Origin: Gemmatimonadaceae bacterium
GTDB lineage: Bacteria; Gemmatimonadota; Gemmatimonadetes; Gemmatimonadales; Gemmatimonadaceae
Direction of reading: 5' to 3'
Assembly (NCBI GenBank): GCA_040901985.1
Contig: JBBDYC010000019.1
Span: 39,907-79,759, forward strand
Length of the DNA stretch: 39,853 nucleotides
The position numbers and the translations under genes were made by a program. The notes beneath the pieces were generated by a model that made no database searches, had not been told where the DNA came from, and saw only the letters and a program-made list of their open reading frames with translations. The number at the start of each line of letters is the position of its first letter. The stretch's first letter is position 1. This document shows, piece by piece, positions 1 to 8,161 of this stretch.

Positions 1-37
1 GGCCGGGGGGGGCGTCCTGTACCCAAGACTCGCTCCG

Positions 38-412
38 TTACGAGTACTGCAGGTACCGCCAGAGCCCGATCAGTCCGATCACCCCACCGGTGACCATCAG
101 GATCGTGCCGGCGTCGCCGCCGACCATGCTGCCGACGACCAGCGTGGCGCCACCGACAATCATCCACGTGACATCGCGACGCGACGCCGTGTTCTGGAAG
201 TTGAACTCAGTGGTCGGGGCGGCTTCCGCCCGGGTGACACCGGCCTGGACGACCTGCGGGCCAGCCACTGGGGCCATCTCGACCGCAGGCGCCACGACCA
301 CCGGCGCTGCCGTCACGGTGGCGGCATCCTGCGCCACCAGCACTCCCGGCGCCACGACCGCCGCGACGAGCCCGGCCAGCACCACTCGGTACAACGAGAT
401 TCCTTTCATCAT
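38..412 (-). CDS. Small exported/membrane hypothetical protein (signal peptide, Pro/Ala/Val-rich linker, C-terminal Gly-rich hydrophobic hairpin)
   Basis: 124-aa ORF with AGGAG RBS upstream; signal peptide ending ...VLVA-QD; C-terminal WMIVGGATLVVGSMVGGDAGTILMVTGGVIGLIGLW; co-oriented with the upstream OmpA gene. Confidence 0.75.
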   Translation of the reverse strand: MMKGISLYRVVLAGLVAAVVAPGVLVAQDAATVTAAPVVVAPAVEMAPVAGPQVVQAGVTRAEAAPTTEFNFQNTASRRDVTWMIVGGATLVVGSMVGGDAGTILMVTGGVIGLIGLWRYLQYS

Positions 413-439
413 ATTGGATGTATCTCCTGGAAGGTTAAG

Positions 440-1114
440 TCAGTTGCCCGCGCGGGCGGCGTCACTGGCGAAGATCGCGACTTCGATCCGCCGATTGGTC
501 TGACGGCCGGCTTCGGTGTCGTTCGTTGCCACCGGCTCCATCTCACCACGACCGGTCGCGCTCACTCGGCTGGCGTTGACGCCGTAATAGCCGAGGTAGT
601 TCATTGCGGCATTCGCCCGACGCACCGAGAGGTCCTGGTTGTACGAGTCGGCGCCCATCGCGTCGGTGTGCCCGACGATCAGTAGCGAGGTGTTCGGATA
701 CTTGCGAAGGCTGGCCGCCAGGTTCTGCAGGTTGACGCCAGCTTCGGCCCGGATCCCGTCGGAGTCGAAATCGTACATCAGACCCGACGCGAAGGTCACC
801 GTGATGCCTTCGCCGACGCGCTCGATGGTCGCGCCTGGGATCTCGAGCTTGAGCTCCTTGGCCTGCTGGTCCATCTGGTGGCCGATGATGGCGCCGGCCG
901 TGCCGCCGACCACGGCGCCGATGATCGCGCCGCGTGCCGTCGAGCCGGTGTTGTTTCCGATGATGCCACCGACCGTTGCACCGGCGGCGGCGCCGATCAC
1001 CGCGCCGCTCTCCTTGTTGCCCCACGACGCACAGGCTGCCGTCGAGAGTGCGACCGTCGCGAGGACGGCAAACCGGAGCGCGTGGGGAAATCGTCCTGCG
1101 GAGTTATGCTGCAT
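440..1114 (-). CDS. OmpA-family lipoprotein with glycine-zipper region (YiaD-like)
   Basis: Lipobox-like STAAC; repeats GAVIGAAAGATVGGIIG and GAIIGAVVGGTAGAIIG; OmpA C-terminal motifs GHTD, NQDLSVRRA, GRGE and NRRIE. Confidence 0.93.
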   Translation of the reverse strand: MQHNSAGRFPHALRFAVLATVALSTAACASWGNKESGAVIGAAAGATVGGIIGNNTGSTARGAIIGAVVGGTAGAIIGHQMDQQAKELKLEIPGATIERVGEGITVTFASGLMYDFDSDGIRAEAGVNLQNLAASLRKYPNTSLLIVGHTDAMGADSYNQDLSVRRANAAMNYLGYYGVNASRVSATGRGEMEPVATNDTEAGRQTNRRIEVAIFASDAARAGN

Positions 1115-1154
1115 AAAAACCTCAATTGATGAAGGAGCGTCGGCGCCGCGTCGG

Positions 1155-1304
1155 TCAGAGCACCCGGCGTCCCGAGAGCACGCGCAGGATGATCACGACG
1201 AGCGCGATGACGAGCAGGATGTGGACCAGGCCGCTGGCCACGAATCCACCGAAGTAGCCGAGCGCCCAGAGAATGACGAGAACGACGACGAGGAGTTCGA
1301 GCAT
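1155..1304 (-). CDS. lmo0937-family (DUF5670-like) small membrane protein, 49 aa; missing from the ORF track
   Basis: Hand translation gives MLELLVVVLVILWALGYFGGFVASGLVHILLVIALVVIILRVLSGRRVL*, with the LW(A/L)LG...GL(V/I)HILLVIA...I(L)R pattern of this family. Confidence 0.85.
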   Translation of the reverse strand: MLELLVVVLVILWALGYFGGFVASGLVHILLVIALVVIILRVLSGRRVL

Positions 1305-1335
1305 TGGCGTAGTTCCGGTGCGGAGGAAATGGGTG

Positions 1336-1557
1336 TCAGAGCTTGCGGGTCAATCCGACGAGGACAAGTCCCGTCCCCGCGACCAGCGCGATTCCCGCCA
1401 TCCAGGGCGCGATCGCATTCCGCTGTTCGGCGGAGACGCGCACCCCGCCGACGTCGAGCACCTGCCGTTGGGTCGTGATGTGCCCACCCCGGAGGAGGAC
1501 GTATCCGCCTCCCACGAGGAGGGCAACACCGACGAGCACCACGAGCAAGGACTTCAC
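1336..1557 (-). CDS. Small two-TM membrane protein (DUF3185-like)
   Basis: 73 aa, GTG start; two hydrophobic helices flank TTQRQVLDVGGVRVSAEQRNAIAPW. Confidence 0.75.
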   Translation of the reverse strand: MKSLLVVLVGVALLVGGGYVLLRGGHITTQRQVLDVGGVRVSAEQRNAIAPWMAGIALVAGTGLVLVGLTRKL

Positions 1558-1566
1558 CGTCCGCCT

Positions 1567-2616
1567 CTACGGCCTTGGCGTGACGAGGTACGGATCGGCG
1601 ATCAGGAGCCGGAACTGGCCGCGCCGATTGGCAGCGTCGGCCACTTCGCCCGGACCTTCGACGAGGAGATTGTTCTGACCGCGCGTGGCGATCTCGATGC
1701 GGTTGGGGTTGACGCCGCGCGACACGAGGTAGGCCTTTGACGCGACGGCACGGCGCATACCGAGATCCATATTGTATTGGGCGGTGCCCGGCATGCTGGT
1801 GTACCCGGTGATGACGATCTTCATATCCGGATTCGCATTGAAGATGACGACCTTGTCATCGAGGATCGCCCGCGCGACGGCGTCGAGGTCGGACTTGTCG
1901 TGCTCGAAGTGGACCATCTCGAGCATCGTGGCCAACGCAGCCACGTTCGACGGCGTCATCGCGGTGACCGGGTTGCGCGCAAGCGAGTCGCGCAGTGCGG
2001 CATAGCGCGCCTCGAGGGCGCGGAGACGACGCGTCTCGGCGGCGCTTACCGAGTCGGCACGGTACGGCGCCTCGGCCGTCCGATAGACCGTCGAGGTCTT
2101 GCCTTCCGGACGACGATAGAGCGACACCCCGGCGCGAAGGCTGCTGTGCTGCGCATCATCATTGAAGTGCAGGACGTAGTCGAGCCGCATCGCGGCGGTC
2201 TCGGTCAGCGCGATCTTGCCGCCGACGAGGGCGTGATACCCGAAGTTCTGGTCCGTGAAGTCCTGGCTGACGTTGGCGTCCACGTGGCTGACGCCGCCGC
2301 CGAGGACGATGGATCCGCGCCCGAACTTGATCGGCACGTAGGCCACCCGCGCATTCAGCGTCACGAACGAGCGGTCGGAGAGCCCGGAGGGACGCGTGGC
2401 GTTGCCGCCGTTGGCGTCGAACTCGAGCGACCAGCGCGGGTCGAGGTAGGCCCCGACCAGGCCGCCGAACCCGATGGCGTTGTCCATCTGGTACGCCTTG
2501 TCGAAGATGTTGTAGCTGAGGAATCCCCCCAACTCGATCGTCCCGCGGTCCTGCGCCGCGGCGGGGAGGGCCGCGACGAGCATCGCGGCGCCAATGATGA
2601 GTGTCCTGTTCAGCAT
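1567..2616 (-). CDS. Outer-membrane beta-barrel plus OmpA/Pal-like peptidoglycan-binding domain protein
   Basis: Start MLNRTL at 2616 after an AGGAG RBS; signal peptide AAA-Q; alternating beta-strand pattern (GGLVGAYLDPRWSLEFD, AMRLDY, LRAGVSLY); C-terminal VHFEHDKSDL, YNMDLGMRRA and ANRR. Confidence 0.88.
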   Translation of the reverse strand: MLNRTLIIGAAMLVAALPAAAQDRGTIELGGFLSYNIFDKAYQMDNAIGFGGLVGAYLDPRWSLEFDANGGNATRPSGLSDRSFVTLNARVAYVPIKFGRGSIVLGGGVSHVDANVSQDFTDQNFGYHALVGGKIALTETAAMRLDYVLHFNDDAQHSSLRAGVSLYRRPEGKTSTVYRTAEAPYRADSVSAAETRRLRALEARYAALRDSLARNPVTAMTPSNVAALATMLEMVHFEHDKSDLDAVARAILDDKVVIFNANPDMKIVITGYTSMPGTAQYNMDLGMRRAVASKAYLVSRGVNPNRIEIATRGQNNLLVEGPGEVADAANRRGQFRLLIADPYLVTPRP

Positions 2617-2639
2617 GTGAGCTCCTGTAGTGCGGCCGG

Positions 2640-4115
2640 TTACGGCAGCGTGATGGTGTTGTTCGAGCCAAGGGTGACGGCACCGTTGCGGGCCAAGGCG
2701 CGGCCGTTCAGTGTCGCGGTGTCGTTGAGCGTGATGCTGGTCAGGGCGATGATGTTGCCCTGCCACTGCGAGGCGGTCCCGAGGGTCGCCGAGCTGCCGA
2801 CCAGCCAGTACACATTCTTTGCCTGGGCGCTGCCGATGAGGACGACATCGCCGGCGGTGGTGAGCGAGCTGCCGGCCTGGAAGACGAAGAAGGCATTCGG
2901 GTCGCCGCCGCCATCGAGCGTCAGCACGCCGGTGACACCGATGCCGCTGGCCGTGCAATAGACGCCGGCCGGCTTCGTGGTGCCGCCAAGATCGGCGACA
3001 ATGGCGTTCGCCGGCGGACAGGGCATCCCGGCAAGCGAATCGTAGGCGACGATGAGGTCGAGCTGGGCCTGTTCCGCCGCAGCGTTGGCCAGGTTCGCGA
3101 CACCAGTGAAGGTGCACGGCCCGAAGCCGGTCAGCGCGCTCCCCGGGAAGATGCCGATGTCGGCGTCAATGAAGCCACCCGTGCTGCAGGTCACCTCGGT
3201 GGCGGCCAGGATGCCGTACGTCTCGGCCGTGCCGAGCGGAATGAGCGGCGCCGGGGTGGGGTCCAGGATGACGACAGTCGCCGAGCCGAAGACAGAGCCG
3301 CTCGTTGCGCGGACCGTATTCAGGAACTCGCCGCCGGTGCCGCCGGCAGTGAAGAGCCCGCCGGCGTCAATGGCGCCGCCACCGTTCACGACTGACCAGA
3401 CCGGCGTGATCGGGACGATGTTGTTGCCCGCGTCACGGCCGACGGCGGTGAACTGCGAGGTCGTGAGGACATCCAATGTGTCGGGGTTCGGTGTGACGGT
3501 GATCGTGGCGAGCGCACCGGCCGAGACGACGACGGTCGCCGTGCCGAAGATGGAGCCGCTCGTCGCGCGGACCGTATTGAGGAACTCACCGGCGACGCTG
3601 CCGGCGGTGAAGAGGCCGGTCGTCGCGTTGATGGCGCCGCCGCCGTTGGTGACGGTCCAGCCGGGCGTGATCGGCACGATGTTGTTGAACGCGTCACGAC
3701 CGACGGCAACGAACTGTTGCGTCGTGAGGATCTGCGTGGTGTCCGGATTCGGCGTCACGGTGATGGTCGCCAATGGGCCGGCGACGACGGTCACGTTCGC
3801 CGTCCCGCTGATGCCGTTGGCGGTCGCCGAGACCGAGGCGTTGTAGACGCCGGGCGTGTTGCCGGCGGTATAGAACCCGGTGGCGTTGATAGTGCCGCCG
3901 ACCGTGGCTGCCCAGACCGGGCTGATCGTGGTGACGCGACCCTCGGCGTCGTACCCGACGGCGACGAACTGCTGCGTACCGCCGACCGGGAGCGTCACGT
4001 CCGGATCAACGTCTATGGAGGCGACCGTGCCGGGGGCGCCGAGCACGTGAGGGTCGCAGGCCGTGACGAGCAACGCCACGACCGACAGGCTCGCGAGAAT
4101 GGATCGGAATTGCAT
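2640..4115 (-). CDS. Ice-binding (DUF3494/IBP-1 family) lipoprotein with three N-terminal bacterial Ig-like repeats
   Basis: Start MQFRS at 4115 after AAGGAG; lipobox VTAC; three repeats of about 85 aa; C-terminal DUF3494 hallmarks LGTAETYGILA, AQLDLIVAYD, DLGGTTKPAGVY, LTLDGGGDPNAFFVFQ, AKNVYWLVGSSATLG, GNIIA and GRALA. Confidence 0.92.
   Translation of the reverse strand: MQFRSILASLSVVALLVTACDPHVLGAPGTVASIDVDPDVTLPVGGTQQFVAVGYDAEGRVTTISPVWAATVGGTINATGFYTAGNTPGVYNASVSATANGISGTANVTVVAGPLATITVTPNPDTTQILTTQQFVAVGRDAFNNIVPITPGWTVTNGGGAINATTGLFTAGSVAGEFLNTVRATSGSIFGTATVVVSAGALATITVTPNPDTLDVLTTSQFTAVGRDAGNNIVPITPVWSVVNGGGAIDAGGLFTAGGTGGEFLNTVRATSGSVFGSATVVILDPTPAPLIPLGTAETYGILAATEVTCSTGGFIDADIGIFPGSALTGFGPCTFTGVANLANAAAEQAQLDLIVAYDSLAGMPCPPANAIVADLGGTTKPAGVYCTASGIGVTGVLTLDGGGDPNAFFVFQAGSSLTTAGDVVLIGSAQAKNVYWLVGSSATLGTASQWQGNIIALTSITLNDTATLNGRALARNGAVTLGSNNTITLP
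3264..4025 (-). repeat. Three tandem intragenic Ig-like (Big_2-type) repeats
   Basis: Repeats 2 (3773-3513) and 3 (3512-3264) share LATITVTPNPDT..F.AVGRDA.NNIVPITP.W.V.NGGGAI..GLFTAG...GEFLNTVRATSGS.FG.ATVV; repeat 1 is more diverged. Confidence 0.9.
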
Positions 4116-4278
4116 TTTGAGGCTCCTTGGTCCAACGAGAGGTGCGGACACTTCTCCGCTCCCCGGAAAATGCCTGTTGGCGGGGATCGAACCCATCGGT
4201 CGAAGGGTTGATTTGTGGCGGATGTACGGGGGGACGACCAGCGGCGGGATGCCCCGCGCGCGCTCTCCGGCGAACGGA

Positions 4279-4599
4279 CTAGTCCTTTGGAGCCACGTCC
4301 TCGGGCCGGTCGTCGCTGACGACCATCGGCACGGTCAGCTCATAGGCCGCATCAAGGGCCCGCAGCGCGGTCTCAAGCCGACGATTCGCCTCGAGATCGA
4401 GGTCGGGAGTATCGGCGAGCACGAGGATGTTGGAGACGCGCTCGTCGGCGACCATCCGGCCCTCCCACGTGCCCGCGCGTCGTTTGGCCGCCACGTGCTC
4501 CCGGTCGAGCAGGGCCTTGATTCCCCGCAGCTTCGCCGCCGGTTGCGGTGGCTCGATCCTATAGGTGTAGGCCCAGATCACCGGGCGGTCGGTTGGCAT
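4279..4599 (-). CDS. Hypothetical cytoplasmic protein (106 aa)
   Basis: ORF MPTDRPVIWAYTYRIEPP... with normal globular composition, co-oriented between the regulator and the ice-binding gene; start uncertain (4599 or 4635). Confidence 0.6.
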   Translation of the reverse strand: MPTDRPVIWAYTYRIEPPQPAAKLRGIKALLDREHVAAKRRAGTWEGRMVADERVSNILVLADTPDLDLEANRRLETALRALDAAYELTVPMVVSDDRPEDVAPKD

Positions 4600-4651
4600 G
4601 CACGTAACGTACGGGAGCCGCCCGGGCAAGACCATCGCACAACGGAGTGAC

Positions 4652-5330
4652 CTACTTTTGTTCTTGGGAATGGACGTACGCGGCGATTTGGAGGCGCGAG
4701 TGCAGCGCGAGTTTCTCCATCACGTTGCGGACGTGGCTCTTCACGGTGTGGACGGCCACGTGCAGGTTCGCCGCAATCTCCTTGTTGCTCAGCCCCTCGG
4801 CGATGAGGTTGATGACCTGCCGTTCGCGCGCGGTCATCCGCACCGACTCGAGGATGTCCGAGCCCCCCCCGTTCGACCGTATCGCGCGCGATCTGCGAAA
4901 AGAGGGTATTGACCATCGCCGGCGGCAGGACGCTCGCCCCCGAGACGACGGTGCGGATTGCCGTCACGAGTTCCTCGAGCGTGGCGTCCTTCATGATGAA
5001 GCCGGAGACACCGGCATTCACGAACTCGACGATGTCCTCGTGGGCCGGGAGGAGGTCCATCACGATCACCTTCGAGTTCGGGAACTCGTCGCGCGTCCGG
5101 GTCGCGATCCGCAGGCTGTCCCCGCGGCGCAACCCGATGTCGAGCAGGACCACGTCGGCATCCAGCCCCGGGCGTCCCTCGGCGTCGTCGGACGACTGGC
5201 CGTAGACCACGCGGAGCCCCGGCTGCTGATTGATCAGCATCGTCAAGCCGTCGCGCACGAGCCGATTATCCTCGATCAGCGCGACCGTGATCGGGCGGGG
5301 GAGGTCCGCGGGGTTTTTGGCCGTGGGCAT
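4652..5330 (-). pseudogene. NarL/LuxR-family response regulator, frameshifted at a G8 run (sequencing error, real lesion or phase-variable tract)
   Basis: REC domain (VALIEDN, DVVLLDIGL, AGVSGFIMKD) lies in one frame and the HTH-LuxR domain (MTARERQVINLIAEGLSNKEIAANLHVAVHTVKSHVRNVMEKL) in another; removing one C from the C8 run at 4863-4870 fuses them as ...VERGGSDILESVRMTARE... Confidence 0.9.
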
Positions 5331-5337
5331 CGCATCG

Positions 5338-5366
5338 AAACTATCTAAAACGGCACATTTTGCCAA
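5338..5366 (-). promoter_or_regulatory. Sigma70-type promoter of the response regulator, probably leaderless
   Basis: TTGGCA-N17-TAGTTT ends 7 nt before the ATG at 5330; no SD sequence. Confidence 0.65.
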
Positions 5367-5382
5367 GTCTGCCGCCGACGCT

Positions 5383-5407
5383 TCCCCTAGGGGATTTCCC
5401 TGAGGGA
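5383..5407. promoter_or_regulatory. Tandem palindromic operator-like boxes
   Basis: Perfect palindrome TCCCCTAGGGGA (5383-5394) and near-palindrome TCCCTGAGGGA (5397-5407), just upstream of the -35 element. Confidence 0.45.
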
Positions 5408-5439
5408 GTCCTCGCCGCCGCACCTCGCCGGCGCGGCGA

Positions 5440-6309
5440 CTACTCCGCCGCTGGCGTCTCGCGCAGATGCACGACCCGCTGCGGGAAGGGGACCTCAATG
5501 CCGACTCGATGGAAGGCATCGTAGATGCCGAAGTTGAGACGGCTCACGAGGAGTCCCCGGCGGTGGATCAAGGAGTCGGTCCACGCGCGCAGTTCGAGCT
5601 TGAGGCCGCTGTCGCCGAACTCCATGAAGCGAACGGCCGGCGGCGGCTCGTCGAGGACGTCGGGGTCGTTCCTCGCGACCTCGATCAATGCTTCCTCGGC
5701 CTTCCGGAGATCCGTGCCATAGGCGACGGCCACCGGGATCCGGAACCGGATCCGGCGGTCCCGCAGACTCCAGTTGATCACGGTCTCCGAGACGAAGAGC
5801 GAGTTGGGGACGATGATCGAGATGTTGTCGTTGGTCAGGACCGTGGTGGCGCGCGCGCCGAGCTCGACCACATCCCCTTCCACGCCCGCCACCTCGATCC
5901 TGTCCCCCAGCTTGATCGGCCGGCCGATGAGCAGGATGATGCCGCTGATGAAGTTGCTGGCGATGTTCTGGAGGCCAAACCCGACGCCAAGGCCGACCGC
6001 GCCGGCGAGGACGTTCAGCGTGGTGAGATTGATCCCCGCCGTCTGCACGATCATCAGGAAGCCGATGATCACCACGGCATAGCGCACGATCGAGCCGACC
6101 GACTCGCTCACGCCGGCATCCACCTTCCCGGTGCGCCGGAGCGCGCGCACCATCAGCATCCGCATCAGCCCGGATCCCCAGATGAGCAGGAGCGCCAGCA
6201 CCAGGAGGTAGAGGACGTTCCAGAGCGTGATCGTCGTCTGGCCGATCGAGAGAAGCGTGACGTCGAGCGCCTCGCGCAGATCGGTGAGCAGGGTCGAGAG
6301 TCTGTCCAT
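5440..6309 (-). CDS. Small-conductance mechanosensitive channel, MscS family
   Basis: Start MDRLST at 6309; AGAVGLGVGFGLQNIASNFISGIILL, PIKLGDRIEV, IIVPNS and IEVPFPQRVVHL. Confidence 0.95.
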   Translation of the reverse strand: MDRLSTLLTDLREALDVTLLSIGQTTITLWNVLYLLVLALLLIWGSGLMRMLMVRALRRTGKVDAGVSESVGSIVRYAVVIIGFLMIVQTAGINLTTLNVLAGAVGLGVGFGLQNIASNFISGIILLIGRPIKLGDRIEVAGVEGDVVELGARATTVLTNDNISIIVPNSLFVSETVINWSLRDRRIRFRIPVAVAYGTDLRKAEEALIEVARNDPDVLDEPPPAVRFMEFGDSGLKLELRAWTDSLIHRRGLLVSRLNFGIYDAFHRVGIEVPFPQRVVHLRETPAAE

Positions 6310-6320
6310 TGGGCGACGCC

Positions 6321-8099
6321 TCAGAACGGCCAGAAGATGGGGATGCAGATGGTCGCGATCACCCAGAAGATGAGCGTCAGCGGCCCACCGACGCGCACGA
6401 AGTCCGTGAACCGGAAGTTGCCGGCGCCATAGATCATCAGGTTCGTCTGGTAGCCCATCGGCGTCGCGAAACTGGCCGAGGCGGCGAAGGCGACGGCCAT
6501 CAGGAGCGGGCGTGGATCCACGGCGAGCGACGCCGCGGTGGCGATGGCGATCGGGGCCAGCAGCACGGCGGTCGCATTGTTCGACATCGTGGACGTCAGC
6601 ACGGACGTGAGGAGGTAGAAGGTCGCGACGAGCGCGTACGGTCCAAAGCTGCCGAGCCCGGAGACGAGCCACCCGGCCAGGAGGGCCGCGGCGCCGGTGT
6701 TCGACATCGCCGTGCCGAGGGTGAGGATGCCGGCAAGGAGGAAGATGACGTCCCAATCCACCGCCGCATAGGCCTCGTCCAGCGAGAGGCATCCGGTGAG
6801 CACCATCAGCACCGCGCCGACGATGGCGCCGACGAGGATCGGCAGGAGCCCGAGCGCCGCGAGCGCGACCACGCCCCCGAGGATCGCCACCGCGGGGATG
6901 ATCAGGCGGCGCCGGAAGGTGGGGCGCTCGACGGTGCTCACGACGACGAAGTCGGGACTGCGACGCAACGCCTCCAGGCGGTCCGTGGGGACCTCGACCA
7001 GGAGGGCGTCCCCGGCCAGCAACCGCGTCCGCTCGAGCTCCTCGTGCATCACCCGCCCGCGGTGCCGGATGGCGAGCACCATCGCCCCGAAGCGATCGGC
7101 GAATCGCGCCTGGCGGAGCGTGTGGCCGTGCAACGGCGAGGACGGCGCGAGGATCACCTCGACCTGCTGCGTGGGGCCGTCGGCGAGCTGGCGCACCGCC
7201 CACTTCTCGCGCGGGCGGATCGTGATGCCCTGGCGCTCCTGGAGGGCGGTGACGCTCTTGACGTTGCCGCGCAGGCGGAGGACGTCGCCGGCCTCGATCG
7301 GGAGGAGCTTCGACGGGAAGGGGATGCGCAACCCATTGCGGATCACGTCCATCACCTCGACGCCGGTCTCCTTGACGAGCGCCGAGTCGCCGATGCGCTG
7401 CCCGACCGACCTCGCATTCTCACCGACGACCACCTCCACGAGGTAATCGCCCATCCCGTACTCCTCGTCGAGCGCGTCGGCGCGCTCCCGCCTCGGAATC
7501 AGCCGCACGCCGACCAGCAGCATATAGGCCGTCCCCGCCGCGACGAAGATCAGCCCCAGCTTCGACATCTCGAACATCGCGATCGGCGGCAGCCCGTGCT
7601 CCTCGGCGACCGCGCTCGCGAGGAGGTTCGTGGAGGTGCCGATGAGCGTGCTGGCCCCACCGAACATTGACGCGAAAGACAGGGGCATCAGGAGGACCGC
7701 CGGACTCACCTTCAGCGTGGCGGCGGCGCTGACGGCGATCGGCAGGAAGATCGCCACCGCGGCGGTGTTGTTGATGAATGCCGAGATTGCCGCGATGCCG
7801 AGCATCAGCGAGAGGATCGCCAGCCACAGATTCGTGCGGCCGAGCCGGATGATCCCGGCGCCGAGGAAGTTCACCGCGCCACTGCGGTAGAGGCCGGCGC
7901 TGAGGACGAACATTGCCCCGACCGTGATCGTCGCGTGGTTGCTGAAGCCGGCGATGGCCTCGTCGGGGGAGACGAGGCCGAGGAGGAGCAGCACGACCAT
8001 CACCAAGAGCGCCACCAAGTCGGTCGCCAGCCGTCCGGACGCAAAGAGGGCGACCGCGGCGACGAGGACGACGAGCACGAGGGCGATGTCGACGGTCAT
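6321..8099 (-). CDS. SLC13-family (di/tricarboxylate or sulfate) permease with TrkA-C domains
   Basis: SAFINNTA, GGASTLIGTSTNL, central soluble TrkA-C-like region, MSNNATAVLLAPIA and SFATPMGYQTNLMIYGAG. Confidence 0.93.
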   Translation of the reverse strand: MTVDIALVLVVLVAAVALFASGRLATDLVALLVMVVLLLLGLVSPDEAIAGFSNHATITVGAMFVLSAGLYRSGAVNFLGAGIIRLGRTNLWLAILSLMLGIAAISAFINNTAAVAIFLPIAVSAAATLKVSPAVLLMPLSFASMFGGASTLIGTSTNLLASAVAEEHGLPPIAMFEMSKLGLIFVAAGTAYMLLVGVRLIPRRERADALDEEYGMGDYLVEVVVGENARSVGQRIGDSALVKETGVEVMDVIRNGLRIPFPSKLLPIEAGDVLRLRGNVKSVTALQERQGITIRPREKWAVRQLADGPTQQVEVILAPSSPLHGHTLRQARFADRFGAMVLAIRHRGRVMHEELERTRLLAGDALLVEVPTDRLEALRRSPDFVVVSTVERPTFRRRLIIPAVAILGGVVALAALGLLPILVGAIVGAVLMVLTGCLSLDEAYAAVDWDVIFLLAGILTLGTAMSNTGAAALLAGWLVSGLGSFGPYALVATFYLLTSVLTSTMSNNATAVLLAPIAIATAASLAVDPRPLLMAVAFAASASFATPMGYQTNLMIYGAGNFRFTDFVRVGGPLTLIFWVIATICIPIFWPF

Positions 8100-8161
8100 C
8101 GGCTTAACCTACGCCGACGGCCCACCCAGCGGGATGGTCACGTGCGGGGTCCCTGCCGGAC

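Noticed and set aside
1567..3117. Apparent long N-terminal extensions in the ORF track (also 5440-7203, 12032-13339, 26754-28706, 36052-39198)
   Set aside because: The extensions overlap neighbouring genes and read as junk; internal starts with an RBS and/or signal peptide fit better
3264..4025. Direct repeats as a possible CRISPR array or mobile-element ends
   Set aside because: They are in-frame protein domain repeats of about 260 bp with synonymous divergence; there are no spacers or cas genes
4179..4196. tRNA T-loop-like sequence GGGTTCGATCCCC on the minus strand upstream of the ice-binding gene
   Set aside because: No acceptor stem, D-arm or anticodon arm can be built, and the spacing to the nearby CCA is wrong
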